From a virus (Duplodnaviria > Caudoviricetes): a stretch of DNA of 28,676 nucleotides. This document shows, in pieces, positions 24,285 to 28,676 of this stretch. A program made the position numbers and the translations under genes. Within the stretch, counting starts at the first letter, position 1. Each line of letters starts with the position of its first letter. The stretch covers positions 1 through 28,676 of IMG/VR virus record IMGVR_UViG_3300037589_000020; one strand, given 5' to 3'. The notes beneath the pieces were generated by a model that saw only the letters and a list, made by a program, of their open reading frames with translations, was not told where the DNA came from and did not search any database.

Positions 24285-24480
24285 TAAGCGCCTCAACCAC
24301 TTGCGCGCCCGTGGCCGCCACTATGTACAGAAGCCCAGAGGCTATCTGGACCTCCGTGCAGGGCACCGAACCGTGCACCAGTTTTTCACGGACCGTCACG
24401 ACGTAGGCAGGGTTGATGTGGACCGTGTTGTCTATGGTGTGGTCGTCGAAGTGGTAGAGCTGGAACGGTTTAAGTGCCAT
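24274..24480 (-). CDS. Hypothetical protein
   Basis: 68 aa; AGGAGG RBS; VHINPAYVVTV. Confidence 0.7.
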   Translation of the reverse strand: MALKPFQLYHFDDHTIDNTVHINPAYVVTVREKLVHGSVPCTEVQIASGLLYIVAATGAQVVEALNAD

Positions 24481-24661
24481 TGGTCAGGACCTCCTGATCT
24501 GCCTCAAACTGTTCGTGGTTCGGGTAGCGGTAGATGCCGTAGAACCGGGGGGCATCCTTCGGCTCCATGCTGGCGATCTGCATCCGCTCCTTCTCTGTCA
24601 TCATGATGCAGATGTCCGTCACCGCTGCGTCGAAGATCTTGTTCCCAACCTTAACCTTCAT
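24470..24661 (-). CDS. Hypothetical protein
   Basis: 63 aa; GAGGA RBS; ATGA coupling. Confidence 0.7.
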   Translation of the reverse strand: MKVKVGNKIFDAAVTDICIMMTEKERMQIASMEPKDAPRFYGIYRYPNHEQFEADQEVLTNGT

Positions 24662-24978
24662 TGTCCTCTCCCAATCTTGTAGATGTCTGCGGTTGTGCGC
24701 CCCATCATCTTTTCCAGACGGGACTGCGATTCTTTCATGGTGGACGTGTTGAAACCATCAATGGTGATGTTGACTTCCACGATCACGGTATAACGGACCA
24801 TGCGACCGTCGCCATCGCACTTCTGACAAACTTCATTCCATACGTCGTACTCTCGCTTGTGGTAACTGGTCATCTCCTCCTTCTCGACGACACCGCTGCC
24901 CTCGCAGGCGCTGCACTCAACGATTCTGGCTGACTGGTACGCACGGGAACCGTTTACGACGGTGGCTACATCACGCAT
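24658..24978 (-). CDS. DnaJ-type zinc-finger protein
   Basis: Two CxxCxGxG motifs (CSACEGSG, CQKCDGDG); AAGGA RBS before ATG 24978. Confidence 0.75.
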   Translation of the reverse strand: MRDVATVVNGSRAYQSARIVECSACEGSGVVEKEEMTSYHKREYDVWNEVCQKCDGDGRMVRYTVIVEVNITIDGFNTSTMKESQSRLEKMMGRTTADIYKIGRGQ

Positions 24979-25618
24979 CGTCACCGTCCTTCTTGGGCGC
25001 GGGGTGGCGGTTGTTCGCACGCTGCACGGAATCGGTGATGTCCGTTGCCGTGGGTGACGTATCCACAAGGGAGACTTCCAACACGGTAGGCTCGAACACG
25101 GTTGACTCGACCTCGGCCGGGACGCCGTTGCTGTCCACCAGATACATAGTGTTCGGCTTCAGGCCCGGCGGTGGCCCCGCAAGGGCTTGCTCCATGCGCT
25201 CGCGCAGGCGTTCGCTCTGACCGTGCCACACAATCATCGCAAGGAAGTTCATGGCGTCCAGCGCGTGGCCTTCCCGCAGGTTGCGGATGACACCATCAAT
25301 GGCGACCTCGGTGTTGATGTTCTGCCAGCCGTTCTTGTCGCTGTTCTTCATGCACCGCAGCATTCCTTGTGCAGCGTTGCGGATAAGGTGCCGCTCGTGC
25401 CGCATGTCCGGGTCGTAGCCGTCCTCGTAGTGGACCAGCAAGTCCGAAAGGGCCGCCGGGGTGGGCCGCTGGAACGCGCTGTTCTTCTGGTTGCACCGCG
25501 CAAGGATTTCGTCAACGATACTGGCGAGGGCGAAGTTGTTGACGCTGAACGCCTCGATAACGTCAAGCGTGCTGGACCGCCCGTCGGCGTCGCGGTTGAT
25601 GGTTGTCTTCTGGGTCAT
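24971..25618 (-). CDS. Hypothetical protein
   Basis: 215 aa; coupled to its neighbours. Confidence 0.75.
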   Translation of the reverse strand: MTQKTTINRDADGRSSTLDVIEAFSVNNFALASIVDEILARCNQKNSAFQRPTPAALSDLLVHYEDGYDPDMRHERHLIRNAAQGMLRCMKNSDKNGWQNINTEVAIDGVIRNLREGHALDAMNFLAMIVWHGQSERLRERMEQALAGPPPGLKPNTMYLVDSNGVPAEVESTVFEPTVLEVSLVDTSPTATDITDSVQRANNRHPAPKKDGDDA

Positions 25619-25827
25619 GGGAGTTTCACCGTGTGAACTGTTTGGTTGCTGTGGAGGACGAGCAGGCTGGCGATGATGAAAATGGCGGCGCTAACACCAC
25701 AGATCACTGTCAGGGCCTGCCCGATGCGGGATTTGGGGTCGATGCCAAGACCGCCCCCAACGAGTGCAGACATGAGGGCCGTCATGCCCGAATGCGTCTG
25801 CACTTGCACAATGTATTCAATCAACAT
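25615..25827 (-). CDS. Small predicted membrane protein
   Basis: Two hydrophobic segments; fills the gap between coupled genes. Confidence 0.55.
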   Translation of the reverse strand: MLIEYIVQVQTHSGMTALMSALVGGGLGIDPKSRIGQALTVICGVSAAIFIIASLLVLHSNQTVHTVKLP

Positions 25828-26287
25828 GCTTGAAGCCGTTCTCGATGAACTTCTGGGAACGCTGGGTCAGCTGGTTGCTGATGGCGGTGACGCGGGATTC
25901 CATCTCGGCCATCATGGTGATGGATTCCTCGACGGTAATGGACCCGGCGTCGATTTCACCGTTAAGCGTCTTGGTGGACTGCTCAACCATGGTGGTGAAC
26001 TCGGCCATGAACATTTCAAAGAACTTGACCGCGCGGTTCAGCTGCACCTGCGCGCTGTCCGCCGGGCGGTTGGGGTTGTGCAGGCCGTTCTCTTCGAAGT
26101 AGATGATGTCCTGCCCGACCACGCGGTAGCCCTTGTCGTCTACCTCAAAGATTTCGACCTTCCAGACCGGGTCGGCGATAACCTTGCCGTGGTCGCGGCG
26201 CACCTCGTGCGCTTCCTCGACCGTCTGGAACTCGTCCTCGAACGGCTCGATGGACTGGTCCTTGTATGTGATTTTCAACTTAAACAT
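25817..26287 (-). CDS. Hypothetical protein
   Basis: GGAG RBS before ATG 26287 (MFKLKIT...). Confidence 0.75.
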   Translation of the reverse strand: MFKLKITYKDQSIEPFEDEFQTVEEAHEVRRDHGKVIADPVWKVEIFEVDDKGYRVVGQDIIYFEENGLHNPNRPADSAQVQLNRAVKFFEMFMAEFTTMVEQSTKTLNGEIDAGSITVEESITMMAEMESRVTAISNQLTQRSQKFIENGFKHVD

Positions 26288-26293
26288 AGAACG

Positions 26294-26348
26294 CTCCGTT
26301 GCTTGTGGTTGCCCAACACGCCTAGCACGGGGACAGGCGTGTTGTAAA
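26294..26348 (-). promoter_or_regulatory. Candidate promoter with paired CAACACGCC operator-like sites
   Basis: TTTACA -35-like hexamer; inverted repeat CAACACGCCT...AGGCGTGTTG; leader CACAAGCAACGGAG. Confidence 0.55.
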
Positions 26349-26351
26349 GTG

Positions 26352-26807
26352 CTATTTCCCGCGAATAGGCGGAAGGGGTTCGCCGGTCGGTACGTACAGG
26401 CCACGCTCAATGCGCTTGATCACACCGGCGTCAATCATGCGGGTCATGATGGTGCCTACCCGAGCGGTCTTCATGCCCAGCATTGACGCGATGTGCTGCG
26501 CCCGGCCACCCTTCTTGCCCTTGGCCATTTCTGACTCGCAGAACCGGATGACCTCGCTCCAGGTGTCGTGCACCTGTTGTGCAATCTTCTGCTCAGTTTC
26601 GGTCTTTTCGTAGAAACGCTTAGGCACGGGCCGTGAGGAGTCTTCCTTCATGACCTTGAGCGCTTGGTATTCTTGCGGGTCTTTGTCCAGCTTGGGGCGC
26701 GCAGTGCCCTTGATGTGGCGGATTTCGCGCGCTGTGCGGCTGTTTGGGCTAATGGGGACCTCCTCCTCAAAGAGGCCCCTGTAGCCGTTGCGGTCCAGCT
26801 TACTCAT
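26352..26807 (-). CDS. Protein with C-terminal winged-helix DNA-binding domain
   Basis: AQHIASMLGMKTARVGTIMTRMIDAGVIKRIERGLY; ATGA-coupled start. Confidence 0.7.
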   Translation of the reverse strand: MSKLDRNGYRGLFEEEVPISPNSRTAREIRHIKGTARPKLDKDPQEYQALKVMKEDSSRPVPKRFYEKTETEQKIAQQVHDTWSEVIRFCESEMAKGKKGGRAQHIASMLGMKTARVGTIMTRMIDAGVIKRIERGLYVPTGEPLPPIRGK

Positions 26808-27244
26808 CCTTGACGCCATGTCTGCAGAATGTGCGGTTTGGGGCGGCGGTAGTCGGTCAGCGCGTCAGGCAGCTTGACGAACTTGCCGTTGCGCTTGGCC
26901 GTGACCATCAGGTCGAGGTTGCCCTTGGCCACCGGGGAGCCGGGGAACTCCTTGTCCAGCCGGTTCAACAGGCCAGACATCTGGTACTGCCACGCCGGTG
27001 ACATGTTCTGCATGAGGACGCGGGGCAGGACGCACCAGCTTGCACTGTCGAACCACTCGCTAAGCCGTTCCGGCCCTTCCTTGTGCAGTTCTTCGATGGC
27101 CTCAACCTGTTTGATCTGGGACTTGCGTTTGATGCGGTGGGCTTCCTCGTAGTCCTTGATCCGCAGCGTCAGGTAGCGGACGTAGGCCATGAGGATCAGT
27201 ATCGTGACCCCCATGACCGCGTAGATTATGGCTTGAATGTCCAT
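26804..27244 (-). CDS. Hypothetical protein with N-terminal TM helix
   Basis: 146 aa; hydrophobic residues 4-24; AGGAG RBS. Confidence 0.75.
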   Translation of the reverse strand: MDIQAIIYAVMGVTILILMAYVRYLTLRIKDYEEAHRIKRKSQIKQVEAIEELHKEGPERLSEWFDSASWCVLPRVLMQNMSPAWQYQMSGLLNRLDKEFPGSPVAKGNLDLMVTAKRNGKFVKLPDALTDYRRPKPHILQTWRQG

Positions 27245-27245
27245 G

Positions 27246-27689
27246 TTACTTCTCCTCGCGTGTTACGTTCTCAGTTTGAACGTGGGCTTCGACGTGGGTG
27301 TTGGTGTAGTTCTGGTCGCCATTGGTGACCGGCACCGGCACGGAGCGCGTGACCGACTCGTGCACCTGCGCATTGCGGAACACCAGTTCAAAGCACGAGT
27401 AGACCGTGCCCGCCTTGGCGTTCGCAGCGGCAAGCTCGATGGCCATGTCACGCTGAAGGTTGCGACTGTCTTCCAGCTCTTTGCGCGCAGCGTTGCGCTC
27501 GTTCTCGATGTTGTGCAGGCGCGCAACCTCGTCATGGAGTTCGTCCACCCGCTTCAGCAGACGTTCGTTTTCCTTGTTGGCCTCTTTGCCCTGTTGGATC
27601 GCGTTGTTGATCACGTTCAGGGTGTCAGGGCGCAGGGCCGCCTCGCGGATTGCTTCCTGTGCGGCTTCCATCAGTTTATTCTCAGACAT
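27246..27689 (-). CDS. Hypothetical coiled-coil protein
   Basis: 147 aa, heptad-rich; GGAG RBS. Confidence 0.75.
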   Translation of the reverse strand: MSENKLMEAAQEAIREAALRPDTLNVINNAIQQGKEANKENERLLKRVDELHDEVARLHNIENERNAARKELEDSRNLQRDMAIELAAANAKAGTVYSCFELVFRNAQVHESVTRSVPVPVTNGDQNYTNTHVEAHVQTENVTREEK

Positions 27690-27704
27690 TGCTGTTGCTC
27701 CGGT

Positions 27705-27730
27705 AAAAGGGCCGAGGCCGTAGCCCCGGC
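27705..27730 (-). terminator. Intrinsic terminator-like hairpin
   Basis: mRNA GCCGGGGC-UACG-GCCUCGGC-CCUUUU (cUACGg tetraloop, short U tract). Confidence 0.55.
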
Positions 27731-27821
27731 TAGTTGGTTTTGTGAAACTTGGTAGCCCAACACCATGTCAGGCCTCCATAGCCTGCGCACCGTTGCACAG
27801 GAATGGCGTGTTGTAAACCCC

Positions 27822-28217
27822 CTATTTGTAGGGCGTATCGTTCGTGTAGAAACAATTCCCGCCAATACATCCATCAAACTTGTAATGTTTGGTCCAAAAC
27901 AGAACATGACCCTCAGTGTGGAAGTGCGTGCTGGTAATGTCCAGCCCGGCCCCGCTCAGTTCGGCAAGGGCCACCGCCTTGGCCACGTCCCAAGCCCACT
28001 GGTCGGGCGCGCCATTCATGGGCGGCACAATGTCCATGCCCTTCTCAAACCATGGGAACGACCCGTCGGCAATAACCGAGCAGGCTGTGTCCGGGTAGCG
28101 GTGGTCCTCCACCCGGTTCATGATCACGGCGGCAACGGCGGCCATGGTGTCAGGGTCGGTGTAGCTCTGCCGGGCTTCCATGTAGGCGGCAAGGGCGATG
28201 CAGGTCATGCTAATCAT
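27822..28217 (-). CDS. Cell wall hydrolase, SleB/Hydrolase_2 family
   Basis: CIALAAYMEAR, AVAAVIMNRV...YPDTACSVI, FPW and IGGNCFY motifs; AAAGGA RBS before ATG 28217. Confidence 0.85.
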   Translation of the reverse strand: MISMTCIALAAYMEARQSYTDPDTMAAVAAVIMNRVEDHRYPDTACSVIADGSFPWFEKGMDIVPPMNGAPDQWAWDVAKAVALAELSGAGLDITSTHFHTEGHVLFWTKHYKFDGCIGGNCFYTNDTPYK

Positions 28218-28283
28218 TGGTCTGTCCTTTCGTTGCTGTGCATTCATCATACACAAAGGGGGCTGACTAGCAACCCCCTTTTC

Positions 28284-28451
28284 TTAGTCAGGAAAGATTA
28301 CCTCGCCCGTCACCGGGTTGGTGCACAAGGGCGTGAAGGAATTACTCTCCTCTACCACCTGCTCCATCGCGGTCAGGCACGCCTCCTTCGTGGAGTACTC
28401 AATTTCTACGCCGCCGTGGCGGAATGCGAACAGTACCAAAATCCAGGTCAT
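28284..28451 (-). CDS. Small hypothetical protein with hydrophobic N-terminus
   Basis: MTWILVLFAF...YSTKEAC...C; GAGGA RBS; ATGA coupling. Confidence 0.65.
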   Translation of the reverse strand: MTWILVLFAFRHGGVEIEYSTKEACLTAMEQVVEESNSFTPLCTNPVTGEVIFPD

Positions 28452-28675
28452 GTGATTCGGTTCCTCATTGTGAAAAGGTGGTCTTCTGGTGCGTTGTCCT
28501 CTAGCACGGGCAGGCGCTCCAGACAAGACGACGGCACATTCAGGTCAATGCTGTGGTCAAAATACACCAGATACCCCGGACCGTCGCGGCGAATAGCCGT
28601 GCCCACCCTGCCGACCCAGTCGCGCATGATGAGGTCGTCGTTGGGAATGACCTTGACACGTGTGCCGGGCCGTTC
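28448..28675 (-). CDS. 3' part of an SH3/KOW-like hypothetical protein
   Basis: Hand translation ...ERPGTRVKVIPNDDLIMRDWVGRVGTAIRRDGPGYLVYFDHSIDLNVPSSCLERL...; open from the window edge. Confidence 0.6.
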   Translation of the reverse strand, partial: ERPGTRVKVIPNDDLIMRDWVGRVGTAIRRDGPGYLVYFDHSIDLNVPSSCLERLPVLEDNAPEDHLFTMRNRIT

Positions 28676-28676
28676 C

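Noticed and set aside
24274-24480. Weak resemblance to FlbD-like small proteins
   Set aside because: Only a short INP-type motif; cannot be supported without a profile search.
1-28676. tRNA genes, integrase/att sites, defence or anti-defence genes, alternative genetic code
   Set aside because: No cloverleaf or recognisable motifs seen by eye, and genes tile densely under the standard code with all three stops in use.

Overview
The window is about 28.7 kb of a tailed dsDNA phage genome with every gene on the minus strand. Transcription runs right to left in four blocks. (1) Small early/middle genes, including a SleB-type cell-wall hydrolase, HTH proteins, a DnaJ-type Zn finger and an Hjc-type resolvase. 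(2) A NusG paralogue. (3) Packaging and head genes: P22-type TerS, five small mostly Cys-containing and/or membrane ORFs, TerL, then HK97-type portal, protease and capsid. (4) Decoration, collar and neck genes and a Mu-like contractile tail, cut inside the baseplate J gene at the window edge. Outer virion proteins are very Cys-rich, while the tape measure and tail chaperone have no Cys. This recalls the disulfide-crosslinked Agrobacterium phage Milano/7-7-1 group (recognised from memory, not searched). The most speculative and interesting lead is a 91-aa tail-anchored protein between terS and terL with a DsbB-like CxxCxxxRxxxxG signature, surrounded by Cys micro-proteins. It may be part of a phage-encoded disulfide-formation cassette. 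Other observations: two Cys micro-ORFs missing from the ORF track, a non-canonical -1 frameshift in the tail chaperone, a conserved intergenic hairpin family, a possible RBS-occluding pseudoknot and a repeated promoter/operator motif.
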